This document shows, piece by piece, positions 20,770 to 30,133 of a stretch of DNA of 64,000 nt (its first letter is position 1; every line of letters begins with the position of its first letter). The stretch is taken from positions 1 through 64,000 of IMG/VR virus record IMGVR_UViG_3300043423_000073; one strand, 5' to 3'. Under the pieces are notes generated by a model that was given only the letters and a program-made list of their open reading frames with translations, was not told where the DNA came from and did no database searches. The position numbers and the translations under genes were made by a program. Source of the stretch: a virus. Lineage: Duplodnaviria > Caudoviricetes.

Positions 20770-21545
20770 ACAAATATGGCTTGCCATTGACCGCACCATC
20801 GGTGCAAACGCTTATCCCCGCAATGAATGATGCCGGGATGGTATTTGGTTTCTACGAGATTGCGGAGACCACCTTTGAGGGCGATGAAACAAGCTTTGCC
20901 TTGCCTAACGGAACGGTCCTGCCATTGAAGTCGGTGCAGATCGAAGAACTGCTCTCCATTCGCAATGCTCGCGTGTTTGAGTACATGGCGGCAGTGTGGC
21001 CGGCAGGAATGTACACGCAGGAGAAGCCTTGGGACGACGAGGCATTGATTCGTGTCGGAGAGCTTCGCAACTACCGTGCCTACATCATGGCGACGCACAC
21101 GTGGAAGACGCGAGAGAACCTCGGTACTTACCTCACGGGGTTGAAGAACGGCCTGAACACGGCGTTTACCCCGCCCCAGGCAACAACCCCACCTGACGCA
21201 GAGGACGGATCCATGAATTGGTCGGCATCGGCAAGCTACGAAGCGTTGTTTGGCGACTGCGCCTACTTTGACTTTAACTGGATGACCTTGTTCAAGACAA
21301 AGTCCGGCAACAAGGATCCTCTGCGCATCAACGTGCTGGCACAGCCTGAGCTTGAGGCAGGCAAGGTTCCGATGCGGGCGTCTATCATCGGTCGACCAAT
21401 CGCTACAGCCGCCGGTCCTGTCTACGACACGGTGCGCATCACAAAGCTGCAAGAGCTTACACCCAAGGCCTATGTTTTCTCTTTCGAGGTCGTCGACACA
21501 GCGAACAACAAGACGCCAGTCACCCTAACTCTCACAGTGGTATGA
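20766..21545 (+). CDS. hypothetical (possible Ig-like virion) protein
   Basis: C-terminal YVFSFEVVD...VTLTLTV beta-sandwich-like pattern. Confidence 0.55.
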   Translation: MNKYGLPLTAPSVQTLIPAMNDAGMVFGFYEIAETTFEGDETSFALPNGTVLPLKSVQIEELLSIRNARVFEYMAAVWPAGMYTQEKPWDDEALIRVGELRNYRAYIMATHTWKTRENLGTYLTGLKNGLNTAFTPPQATTPPDAEDGSMNWSASASYEALFGDCAYFDFNWMTLFKTKSGNKDPLRINVLAQPELEAGKVPMRASIIGRPIATAAGPVYDTVRITKLQELTPKAYVFSFEVVDTANNKTPVTLTLTVV

Positions 21546-21629
21546 GGCAGGGAAACGGTAAATAAGCAATAACAAACCCTCCTCCGTCAGTCAAACAACC
21601 TCACCTCACCCACACCAAAGGAAAAGAAC

Positions 21630-22694
21630 ATGAAAATTGCCACGCATGGCGAGTCGCTTGCAAAAGCACTGGACGCGGTTATCAAGCTTGCTCCACCGAC
21701 TAGCGGTAACGTCACGCTCGGCGGTTACGGCAAGAAGGTCAAGATTCAGTCCGCAGCTGACACCTCGTATGTCGTCTCAACAGTACCTGGCGACGTGTTT
21801 GCTGAGGGCGAGACGGCTGTGCCCTTACAAGGCTTGAAAGACGCAATCAAGGGTCACGGCGATTGCAAAATAGCCATGGCTAACTCTGCGCTACGCATCA
21901 AGGCCGATTCCTATGAGGCTAACCTCTCGACCGTCGATCCATTGCCTATTGAGGCAAGCACAGACAAAGGCGACACACAGACATGCAACATTTCGCCTGA
22001 CCATGGCGCGTGGCTGCTCGAAGCAGCACGTGCGGTGAACTTGAAACCAACACCACTGCTCAACGCCTTTATGCCGATTGCGGTTGTGATTGGCAAGGCA
22101 GGAACCACCGTAGCCTGCTACGACAATAACCACATGGCGTGGCGCAAGACAAAGGAGGTGACAGGCAGCTTTGAGGCTGTACTTCCTGCGACTACGCTGA
22201 TTGCGATTTTGGAAGTGATGGCCGGCCTACCCTTCAAGATGGCAGTGGCGGCAAACAATGTGGTCATCACGTCGAAGCTCCACGAGATCAATTTGTCATT
22301 ACCTAACGTGACTGAGGGCATGCCGGCAATCGCGGAAGTCTTGGAAATGACGAAGAGCGCGGCTAGTGCGAAAGCCGAAGTCATCGAGGTGGCCCAAGCT
22401 GATCTGCAAGCCTTCTTTGCCAATGCCCGTGCGGTTGTGGCACGAGAGCGACCCGAGTTGCAAATCACTTGCACAGGCAGCGCATTGGAGTTGGTAGTGG
22501 CGACGGTGACAGGCAAGGTGCAACGCTCGGTGCCGGCCAAGGGACCCAAAGGAGCGAGCTTCAAGCTCGACGCGGAACAGCTGCAGGAGATGGTGAGCAA
22601 GGCACCGACAGAGGTGTCGCTCGGCCTGGTAAAAGGTGCCTACGTCTTTGCAAAGCTCAAAGACTGCGCGACCATTGTGTCCTTAAACCAATGA
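21630..22694 (+). CDS. DNA polymerase sliding clamp (beta-clamp-like)
   Basis: 354 aa; MKI...L..AL..V N-terminus; repeated three-domain alpha/beta pattern; replication context. Confidence 0.6.
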   Translation: MKIATHGESLAKALDAVIKLAPPTSGNVTLGGYGKKVKIQSAADTSYVVSTVPGDVFAEGETAVPLQGLKDAIKGHGDCKIAMANSALRIKADSYEANLSTVDPLPIEASTDKGDTQTCNISPDHGAWLLEAARAVNLKPTPLLNAFMPIAVVIGKAGTTVACYDNNHMAWRKTKEVTGSFEAVLPATTLIAILEVMAGLPFKMAVAANNVVITSKLHEINLSLPNVTEGMPAIAEVLEMTKSAASAKAEVIEVAQADLQAFFANARAVVARERPELQITCTGSALELVVATVTGKVQRSVPAKGPKGASFKLDAEQLQEMVSKAPTEVSLGLVKGAYVFAKLKDCATIVSLNQ

Positions 22695-22704
22695 AGTTTG
22701 AGCA

Positions 22705-23076
22705 ATGAAGTTTGAGCACGGCATCATTCATCCGCTTAGAGACGGGCACATTATCTTCCTAAAGAGAGATGTGTCCACCGAGGAGTTTTACATTGCCGAC
22801 CAGCCAATGAAGCTCCGAGGCATGCTCGAGATACGGCCCGCCCACTGCAAGGCCAGCGGTGAGGTGCTTGGCTACTTTCTCTATACAGGATATCGAACCC
22901 GTCAAGGCGGATCGTTCCTCGTCGCCCACATGCACACGAAGGCAGGAAAAGCGACCACGGCAGAGGTGCTTGTTAGGCACGATCAGTTTGTGGTTATTGA
23001 CCTGCCGGGCTGCGGCACAATGGCCTTATCAGGAACTGCCACAAGCGCAGTGACTGCACTCTTCCAGGAACAATGA
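22705..23076 (+). CDS. hypothetical protein
   Basis: ORF in replication operon. Confidence 0.55.
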   Translation: MKFEHGIIHPLRDGHIIFLKRDVSTEEFYIADQPMKLRGMLEIRPAHCKASGEVLGYFLYTGYRTRQGGSFLVAHMHTKAGKATTAEVLVRHDQFVVIDLPGCGTMALSGTATSAVTALFQEQ

Positions 23077-23612
23077 CAATGAGCACTAGCGAACTTGTAA
23101 AAGAAATACGAGGGGGCGCGACTTTCAAGACGTTTCGTCAAGTGTTCGAGGCAGTGACCAAGCGCGTTGACATTGCGAAGAACACGGCAGAGGTACTAGG
23201 CCTCCACACGTCAAGAACGTCGCGCTCGCTTGCGACGAAGAAAGAGCGCTACAGCCCATCGGTGCTTATCGATGCGTCATTAAATGATCTAAGCGCTCGC
23301 GCCCGTATGGTCGAGTTGCGTGTTCGGGCCGACCTTAACCTGTCAACTCTGCGTGAGGCTGTAGCTGCTTTTGCCAAGCATGTGCAGACCGAGTATGCGG
23401 AAGAGCTACGCGAGTTTAGAACAGCAGAGCAACGCAAAGCATTAGTCGACCGCGTCATCAAGCAGGCACGCGAGTTCATGGCGGAAGGCGAGACCTTCAT
23501 TGCCACCGTCGACACCTTGGTGAAAGACATTGATCAGAGTGGGCACTCGCTGCGCCACGTTATCGAATGCCTCAAGCTACTTGACGGCAACAAAGGAAGC
23601 AGGACTCTATGA
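23073..23612 (+). CDS. helical protein (possibly UvsY-like recombination mediator)
   Basis: Coiled-coil ORF immediately upstream of the UvsW-like helicase; function inferred from context only. Confidence 0.45.
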   Translation: MTMSTSELVKEIRGGATFKTFRQVFEAVTKRVDIAKNTAEVLGLHTSRTSRSLATKKERYSPSVLIDASLNDLSARARMVELRVRADLNLSTLREAVAAFAKHVQTEYAEELREFRTAEQRKALVDRVIKQAREFMAEGETFIATVDTLVKDIDQSGHSLRHVIECLKLLDGNKGSRTL

Positions 23613-25108
23613 TCAAGGTCGTTCAACGCGAAGCCGTCTTCATACCCATCAAGGACATAAGTCCCAAGATCAAGGCGGCAATCGAAGACAAGATGCACCA
23701 CGCTTTCTATGAGGCGAAGGCGTGCTCGACGTGCGACAACCTTAACGAGCGGCATAACGACTTGTGCGACAACTGCGCTGCCTTCAAAGGAAGCTACCGA
23801 CTTGCCTCCGTGCAAAAGGTAAAGGACAAGTCGTATCTCAAAGTGCCTGTCGGAGGATTCGAGACCAAGATACGGCCTTACCTGGAATACATGGGCAAGG
23901 ACATTAAGATTGTCCACAAAGGTGTAGAGCCACCAGTAAGACCTTTCAAGTTCACTGGTACCCTAAAGCCGGAGCAGGAGCTTGCAGTCGAGGCTTTATT
24001 AAAGAAGCGCCGTGGCGTGTTGAAAGCTCCGCCACGTAGCGGTAAGACCGTGTTGTCAACGGCATTGGCGTGTAGACTCTCTGTGAAGACGCTCATCATA
24101 GCCAGCCAACGTGACTGGCTTGCGGGCTTTTACGAGACCTTTGTTGGTTCAGACACTCAGGCACCTTTGACGAGTTTGAAAAAGCAGCGTATCGGCTTTT
24201 GCAAGAAGCTTGAGGACTTTGAGAACTACGACGTGTGCCTGGCAACCGTGCAGACCTTTTACTCGGAAGGTGGCGAGGCGCTGCTGCTTAAGATACGGTC
24301 AATGTTTGGGTTAATCATCGCCGATGAGATTCACACAGGCGCAGCTGACAAGTATATTAAGATTTTGTCAAAGCTTAACTGTCGCCGAATCATTGGGTTG
24401 TCAGGCACGCCTTCACGCAAGGATGAAAAGTTTGTGTTGGTAGACAATGTGGTCGGGCCATTGGCCCACGAGGTGATCGTGAAGGGTATGCAGCCGCAGC
24501 TGCTCCTCACCAAGACAGGCTACACAAAATCCTACAAGGGCAATGTGCCGTGGACTCGAATGGTCAAGTCGATTGAGACTGACAAGAAACGCCTGGATGT
24601 AATCGCTGCGACTGCGGTGAAGGATGTGGCAAACAATCACATGATCCTCATACCCATGGCAGGCGTGGAAGCGGTGAACACCTTGGTACGATTAATCAAT
24701 GAGAAAGCGGGCAAGGAAATCGCAGTTGCATTTCTCGGCGGCATGGGCAAGAAGCGCGAGGCAATCATTCAGGACGCGCGTGAGTACAAGATACCTGTGA
24801 TTGTGGGCACCGGCAAGATTCTCTCCACCGGCATCAACATACCGCGAGCTTCGTGCTTGTACGAGGTCATTATGTCGAGCAACAAGGAGAACGCGGAGCA
24901 GCGTATGCGACGCGTGTTAACTCCGATGGACAATAAGCCTCAGCCGGTAATCAGGTACTTTCTCGACGACATGAATGTGAGGAAGAACTGTATGCGCAAC
25001 GAGTACTTTAACGTCATGCTGCCCATTATTAAGCCTCACGTGTCCGAGGATGTGAAGAAGCAGCTGACGAGCTACTTTAACTCGAAGAGCAAACCGCTCG
25101 AACTCTAA
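23609..25108 (+). CDS. SF2 DNA helicase (UvsW/XPB-like)
   Basis: APPRSGKT, DEIH, GLSGTP, TGINIP, Q...R motifs. Confidence 0.9.
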   Translation: MIKVVQREAVFIPIKDISPKIKAAIEDKMHHAFYEAKACSTCDNLNERHNDLCDNCAAFKGSYRLASVQKVKDKSYLKVPVGGFETKIRPYLEYMGKDIKIVHKGVEPPVRPFKFTGTLKPEQELAVEALLKKRRGVLKAPPRSGKTVLSTALACRLSVKTLIIASQRDWLAGFYETFVGSDTQAPLTSLKKQRIGFCKKLEDFENYDVCLATVQTFYSEGGEALLLKIRSMFGLIIADEIHTGAADKYIKILSKLNCRRIIGLSGTPSRKDEKFVLVDNVVGPLAHEVIVKGMQPQLLLTKTGYTKSYKGNVPWTRMVKSIETDKKRLDVIAATAVKDVANNHMILIPMAGVEAVNTLVRLINEKAGKEIAVAFLGGMGKKREAIIQDAREYKIPVIVGTGKILSTGINIPRASCLYEVIMSSNKENAEQRMRRVLTPMDNKPQPVIRYFLDDMNVRKNCMRNEYFNVMLPIIKPHVSEDVKKQLTSYFNSKSKPLEL

Positions 25109-25118
25109 AGGTAATAAG

Positions 25119-25688
25119 ATGAGCCTAAAGGTTAAAGCGAACCAGAGCCTAGCGGGAGAAGTTCCGGGCTCAGTGTGGAGGCAGGGTAGCTTTTACTGGT
25201 CACCCACTGCCTTTGTAGTCGAGTCGGAACGGCTAGACGGAAGAATTATTGAGGCGTCAGCCCAAGAGAACAGCGTCAACCGCTTCTATGAGAAGCCCGC
25301 CTCCGCGTACAACTACGTGGTCACTGGTAACCCAGATGACAGCAAGGCCAAATACTTTGCGGCGTACCTTGTGTCTCTTCACAAGAAACACTTAGGGGTC
25401 AAAGCAAACGTGGTGTGGGAGACGGTCTATGGTGGCTTTAGCAATCCGCTAATGGACAAGAGCATCTCACCTACTATGCTGGTTTTGTCCAATGTGACTG
25501 CGGAGTCAACTGCAGTGAAGCTAGAAAAGGTGAGAGACCTCATCGAGAGGTTTCCGAACTGCATGAAGGTTGTGGTGGGTGCCGGCGAAGACCCGATAAG
25601 CTTTGCGTCACTAAGGCTGCGCATCCCCGTCCACGGCATTGCCTACTTTGCAAGCAAGCACGTTAAACAGGTACAGACAGTAATATGA
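25119..25688 (+). CDS. hypothetical protein (possible degenerate P-loop helicase loader)
   Basis: Between two helicases; alpha/beta pattern. Confidence 0.45.
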   Translation: MSLKVKANQSLAGEVPGSVWRQGSFYWSPTAFVVESERLDGRIIEASAQENSVNRFYEKPASAYNYVVTGNPDDSKAKYFAAYLVSLHKKHLGVKANVVWETVYGGFSNPLMDKSISPTMLVLSNVTAESTAVKLEKVRDLIERFPNCMKVVVGAGEDPISFASLRLRIPVHGIAYFASKHVKQVQTVI

Positions 25689-27004
25689 CATCCAAGATTT
25701 CAAGCCCCAAGCTAGAGCTAACTGTACTGCGGGCAATGACCCACAAAGAGTTAGCGATAGCCGGTACCATAATCGGAGGCATTGACTCTTCGTTCTTTGA
25801 CAATGAGGAGTCGGTCGAGCTCTACACCTATGTCAAGAAGGCGGTGGCAGAGATAGGCAAGCCACCCACCTTTAAGATTTTGCTGCAAGACCCTACGGTT
25901 AGTCGTGATGCACGAGAGTTCTTCCGCAACTCTGAGGCCACAGTGCAGAGCATTGAGGACGCTAGGCGTGCCGTAGAAGGTTTGGCTGAATACCGTCGAC
26001 GCCGAATGCTGTATGAGATGGCAGCACGCATCGACAAAGGTCTGCAAGAGTCGAATTGCAACAGCCAGAAACTCATGCAAGAGACAGGCGAGTCGCTTGC
26101 CCGCGCTCAGGTAACGGGCGCGGTTAAAGACGAGTTTCTTCACTTTGGCACACAGAACAACTCCAAAGAGTTTGTACATTCTCTGCTGTACGAGGATGCG
26201 AGTGAGGATGTTATACCGTCAGGCATACCGGCTTTTGACAAAGAGTCAGGCGGATTTCTACGCGGCTCTTTGGTGACAATCGGTGCGTCGTCGGGCGGTG
26301 GTAAGTCAGCCGTGGCTGGGGTTATCATGCCGCTAGAGCAGGCACTTATGGGGTACAAGGTTGTGGTTGTTCCGTTAGAGATGAGCAAGCGAGAGATGAC
26401 TTCGCGGGTCATGGCTAACTTGAGCGGACTTGACGTTACTCGGGTTTTGCAGTCGCGTCTCACGGAGGCAGAGAAAGACAAGGCATTCAGAACCTATGCC
26501 AGAGTAATGAAGAAGATTAAGCTGGCCGGCGGTAGATTCACAATCTACAAACCTTCACGCGATGTTGACATGTCTGAGTGTCTAGCCGCAGTGAACGCCT
26601 TAGGATGCGACGTGCGCTACATTGACTACCTAAACTTGTTGCGCGGTGGTTCAGGCGATGATGCGTGGTCGAAGCTGAGCGACATGGCTAGGTCGGCAAA
26701 GATTAATGCCGAGCAAACAAACTCCGTAAATGTGCTGCTTGTGCAGGTCAACGAGGAAGGCAAGATTCGCTATTCCCGAGGCGTGTCAGAGCATAGCAGT
26801 GCGTCATGGGTGTGGAACACAAAGCCAGAGGAGCGGGCCAAGGAAGTTGGCCGTATCGTCGTCGAGCAGCCAAAGTCACGCAACAGCAGCGCCTTCCCAA
26901 TGGAGCTAGGTTTGCACTGGAAGTGTATGCGGCTGGCAAAGCTGGAGGATGCCGCCGAGGTAGGCGAACTCGATACACCAAAGAATCTGGCGGCAGACGT
27001 CTGA
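25685..27004 (+). CDS. replicative DnaB-like helicase
   Basis: SGIPAFD...GG...G.L..IGASSGGGKS, LEMS, YIDYLNL, K.R motifs. Confidence 0.9.
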   Translation: MTSKISSPKLELTVLRAMTHKELAIAGTIIGGIDSSFFDNEESVELYTYVKKAVAEIGKPPTFKILLQDPTVSRDAREFFRNSEATVQSIEDARRAVEGLAEYRRRRMLYEMAARIDKGLQESNCNSQKLMQETGESLARAQVTGAVKDEFLHFGTQNNSKEFVHSLLYEDASEDVIPSGIPAFDKESGGFLRGSLVTIGASSGGGKSAVAGVIMPLEQALMGYKVVVVPLEMSKREMTSRVMANLSGLDVTRVLQSRLTEAEKDKAFRTYARVMKKIKLAGGRFTIYKPSRDVDMSECLAAVNALGCDVRYIDYLNLLRGGSGDDAWSKLSDMARSAKINAEQTNSVNVLLVQVNEEGKIRYSRGVSEHSSASWVWNTKPEERAKEVGRIVVEQPKSRNSSAFPMELGLHWKCMRLAKLEDAAEVGELDTPKNLAADV

Positions 27005-27078
27005 GTGTTTTTTTGAGCTTGAGTTTGTTGAGTTTAAGAGTTACCTGCCTGCTGGGCTTTACGGAGTCCAGTGGAGAG

Positions 27079-27088
27079 CTAATTTTAT
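27079..27088 (+). promoter_or_regulatory. putative late promoter core CTAATTTTAT pointing into the non-coding region
   Basis: Same motif as upstream of structural genes, here on the + strand. Confidence 0.55.
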
Positions 27089-27091
27089 TAA

Positions 27092-27553
27092 GGCTTTAGG
27101 CCACTGCCGATGACAGTGCGGATTGATCCCCGCAGTGTAGGACTCGATCACTAACCCCAGAAATTATGTCAGGCCCCAGAAATTGGGGGAGCCCCCGGAG
27201 TAACCAGTCTCTGGAAAGACGGCGCGCTCAGCATCACACAATAGAAGCGGTTGTGGCTGAGATCCCGGATGCGTATGAGGAACAAAGGCCCAACGTGAAG
27301 CCTCCTCCCACCCTCGTTTGGTTGCTCGGACGATGATGTGGAACTGCCCTGGTCCTTAGATGGACGATAACACACTGAAGCATAGCACCTCGGTAATAGC
27401 AGGCCCGGGCGAGGTAAAGTATAGTGTGAGCAACCCAAGCTTCCGCGACGGACGATAGATCAGGTCGCGTGGAAATCCTACTTCGGTAAGGATAACCACG
27501 CTCAAAACTCCAGGTCAGGCCACCTGGGAGGTTGGTTAAGGGCCTTTAGAGCC
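27092..27553 (+). ncRNA. candidate ~460-nt structured ncRNA
   Basis: 5' GGCTTTA-GGCC pairs with 3' GGCC-TT-TAGAGCC; many internal helices; no credible ORF; starts 3 nt after the promoter motif. Confidence 0.55.
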
Positions 27554-27666
27554 GCTTAGGTGCTTAATGCAATAATGGGACTTGAAGTGAGGCTGAGGGC
27601 TGAGATTGCAGGGCTTGGTGTGGGTTTGATTAGGCGCAGTTAACGGCAAACAGTTAGGAAATAACC

Positions 27667-28065
27667 ATGAAAAGACGCTTCCACAAAGACGGTACAGTGC
27701 AGCGCGGCTCAATCTTCGTTTTCGGGTCAAATTTGGCCGGAATACACGGTGCAGGAGCTGCGCTAGAGGCCAAAAAGACGTTTGGTGCCGTTCTAGGCGT
27801 AGGCGAAGGTATAACAGGGCGGGCGTACGCAATACCCACAAAAGACGCCAAGCTTAGGGTAAGGCCCATTAGCGAGATAAGGCGTAGCGTTGGGAAGTTT
27901 GTAGCCTTTGCGTCTACACACGAGGCGCTATTCCAGGTCACTAGGGTGGGCTGTGGGCTTGCCGGCTACAAGGATGAGCAGATGGCAGTGCTGTTTGTGG
28001 ACGCGCCTTTTAACTGCTCTCTACCTGATGCGTGGCGGCAGTATGTGGGTGGGACTAAGGATTAA
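27667..28065 (+). CDS. phage protein, IFVFGSN..G.HG.GAA family (A1S_2505-like, macro-like fold)
   Basis: IFVFGSNLAGIHGAGAA...YAIPTK...VTRVGCGLAG. Confidence 0.8.
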   Translation: MKRRFHKDGTVQRGSIFVFGSNLAGIHGAGAALEAKKTFGAVLGVGEGITGRAYAIPTKDAKLRVRPISEIRRSVGKFVAFASTHEALFQVTRVGCGLAGYKDEQMAVLFVDAPFNCSLPDAWRQYVGGTKD

Positions 28066-28078
28066 AAAAGGAGGCAGA

Positions 28079-28456
28079 ATGAATGTGCGTTGGCTAAGCC
28101 GAGATATGCAGGCACCTGGCCCTAACCTGTGCCTATGCCTGTCTGAGGAAGAGTACGTAAGGACTTTGAGGCAGCTTAGTGTGAGGGCGAATGGAAGCTG
28201 GGTGTCGAGTGGAGCAAATGCCACAACCCATCAGTTTTCACGCGAAGGTGGACTTGCCTGTGTAGTGTGCCTGGCTAAAACAGAAGGTAGGAGCGGCGTG
28301 GAAATTGCCGGTATACTTGTGCATGAGGCAGTGCATATATGGCAGGCTTGGTGTGAGTTTTATGGCGAAGACACACCCGGCGCAGAGCAAGAGGCCTACG
28401 CAGTTCAGTACCTTGCGCATACGCTTATGCAAGAGTACGCTAGGCGATTAGCTTGA
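28079..28456 (+). CDS. small HExxH (zincin-like) protein
   Basis: LVHEAVH...EQEAY; RBS GGAGG. Confidence 0.65.
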   Translation: MNVRWLSRDMQAPGPNLCLCLSEEEYVRTLRQLSVRANGSWVSSGANATTHQFSREGGLACVVCLAKTEGRSGVEIAGILVHEAVHIWQAWCEFYGEDTPGAEQEAYAVQYLAHTLMQEYARRLA

Positions 28457-28490
28457 GTTGACTTGACTAGGCTTGAGTTGACTTGACTAG
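28451..28490. repeat. 20-bp tandem duplication GCTTGAGTTGACTTGACTAG x2
   Basis: Direct inspection. Confidence 0.9.
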
Positions 28491-28520
28491 GCGTGCTTTG
28501 AATAGAAAGAATAGTGAGCT

Positions 28521-28572
28521 GAAACGGAAAGACCCACGTAGTAGACAGATACTACGTGGGTCTTTCCGTTTC
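28521..28572. terminator. 23-bp perfect inverted repeat with 6-nt loop at a convergent junction
   Basis: GAAACGGAAAGACCCACGTAGTA-GACAGA-TACTACGTGGGTCTTTCCGTTTC. Confidence 0.75.
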
Positions 28573-28583
28573 GGGCCTCGATC

Positions 28584-28886
28584 TTAACCTGCGCTTTTCA
28601 ATAAAGACGCCAAGTTTGCAATCTGTTTTCTATTTGCGCCTGATAAGCTGACTGTTTTGCCTAAAAGGCTGGAGAATAAATGCTCCAGCAGTGACGCCGC
28701 CATCCTAGGTTTGCTTAGCTGCACTGACTGTACTAGTTCTGGGCGCTCGCGCTGCGCAAGCCGGACAAACTTGGGCAGGTCTTTTGTCCAGGAGCCGCCA
28801 CCAGTAAACATGCCTCTGTAAATGCTAAGAACAACCGAGGGCTCGGCGGCTGTTACCTGAAGACGATTTGCTGCCTGGAGTTGCCT
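28584..28886 (-). pseudogene. leader-tagged ORF whose ATG is replaced by AGG
   Basis: AAGGAAACCAAA-AGG CAA CTC CAG GCA GCA AAT CGT CTT CAG GTA ACA GCC = (R)QLQAANRLQVTAA, in frame with ORF 28584-28811. Confidence 0.65.
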
Positions 28887-28916
28887 TTTGGTTTCCTTTG
28901 GGTTTGTGGCCTGAGT

Positions 28917-29402
28917 TTAGCGAACTACCCCGAAGCCGTTCTTCTCGTAGTTATCGATTGCTCGACTGACGTACGCTACGTACTTTGCCAGGTCAAACTT
29001 GCGGGGACTGAACTCATACAGCGGGGTGTGTGCGGTAGACAGCAGGAGCCCGATGTGGCTGTAATCTTCCCCGTATGAGCCGAGCGTAAACTCAATACCC
29101 ACAACCTCGTCGTCTACATCCCACGTCACACCGCCCTCGGCTATCTTACGCGCCTCATTGAAGATGAGTTTAGTCTTGCCTTTGGTAACCTTGGCTTTGT
29201 CCTTCATAGACGCTGTGAAGCCTTTGGAGATTTCTTTGAGCGCCTCCGCCATTTCCTGCTTTGCTGCGTTGTACTCTCCTTGATAAACCAGTTCGTCTGC
29301 ATTACTTATGCGCACACCTGCCTTGAGCAAGGCGTCGCGGAAGGCTTTTGCGTCGCCTTTAGCCGCTGTTACTTGAAGACGGGTTGCTGCTTGAAGTTTC
29401 AT
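28917..29402 (-). CDS. leader-tagged protein, 160-aa paralog family member 1
   Basis: MKLQAATRLQVTAAKGDAKAF...FDLAKY. Confidence 0.85.
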   Translation of the reverse strand: MKLQAATRLQVTAAKGDAKAFRDALLKAGVRISNADELVYQGEYNAAKQEMAEALKEISKGFTASMKDKAKVTKGKTKLIFNEARKIAEGGVTWDVDDEVVGIEFTLGSYGEDYSHIGLLLSTAHTPLYEFSPRKFDLAKYVAYVSRAIDNYEKNGFGVVR

Positions 29403-29437
29403 TTTGGTTTCCTTTGGGTTAGGGCCACGACTGCCTG

Positions 29438-29920
29438 TCAGGCAAGGCCTTTTGCCTCAAACTCATTGACAGCCTTGTTAACAAAGGCTTGGTACTTGGC
29501 TAAGTCAAACGCGCCAAGTTCAAACTTGTATTCCGTGTACAAAGATGAACCAAGATCGAGCCAAACGCGGCCCTTATCGTGGAGTTCACCAAAGTAGAAC
29601 TCGCAAGAAACGTGTTTCCTGTTGGGGCCTTCCGCGATCTGCCACTCAACACCTCCGTAAAGGTACCGCTCTTTATCGAGACTGTTTATTTCTATCTCGC
29701 TGTCTGAAGAGGCCTTATTCCGCATCGACCTTTTGAGGCCCTTGTCAACAACCGTAAGAACAGATTTCATCAAGGTTTTGGCCTGCTTGACCTTTTTGTC
29801 GACTACCAACTGCTGGGCTTGTTCGATCTGCTTTGATACAGCGAGCAAAGCCTCGCGGAAGGCTTTTGCATCACCCGTAGCCGCAGTTACTTGAAGACGG
29901 GTTGCTGCTTGGAGTTTCAT
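29438..29920 (-). CDS. leader-tagged protein, paralog family member 2
   Basis: MKLQAATRLQVTAATGDAKAF...FVNKAVNEFEAKGLA. Confidence 0.85.
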   Translation of the reverse strand: MKLQAATRLQVTAATGDAKAFREALLAVSKQIEQAQQLVVDKKVKQAKTLMKSVLTVVDKGLKRSMRNKASSDSEIEINSLDKERYLYGGVEWQIAEGPNRKHVSCEFYFGELHDKGRVWLDLGSSLYTEYKFELGAFDLAKYQAFVNKAVNEFEAKGLA

Positions 29921-29935
29921 TTTGATTTCCTTGGG

Positions 29936-30133
29936 TTAAATATGAGGGTGACGCAAGAAGCCCGAACCTGGAAACTTCTTGACATACCTCTTCTTTGCAC
30001 TTTCCTCAAGCTTGGTAAACCACTCTTGAGTTCGTGCGGCTTCACAAACTGTTGATGCGGTGGTGGCTTTGTGTTTGCCACCACAGGCCCCGCATACTGT
30101 TGAACTGAGGCGCGTTGCGGCGTTAAGCTTCAT
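29936..30133 (-). CDS. leader-tagged 65-aa protein
   Basis: Internal start MKLNAATRLSST; CGACG; WF..L.....RY...FPGS. Confidence 0.7.
   Translation of the reverse strand: MKLNAATRLSSTVCGACGGKHKATTASTVCEAARTQEWFTKLEESAKKRYVKKFPGSGFLRHPHI

Noticed and set aside
27092-27553. tmRNA, RNase P RNA, tRNA cluster or group I intron
   Set aside because: No tRNA-like acceptor/CCA end, no RNase P GAGGAAAGUCC core, and no interrupted host gene could be identified by eye. Left as an unclassified ncRNA candidate.
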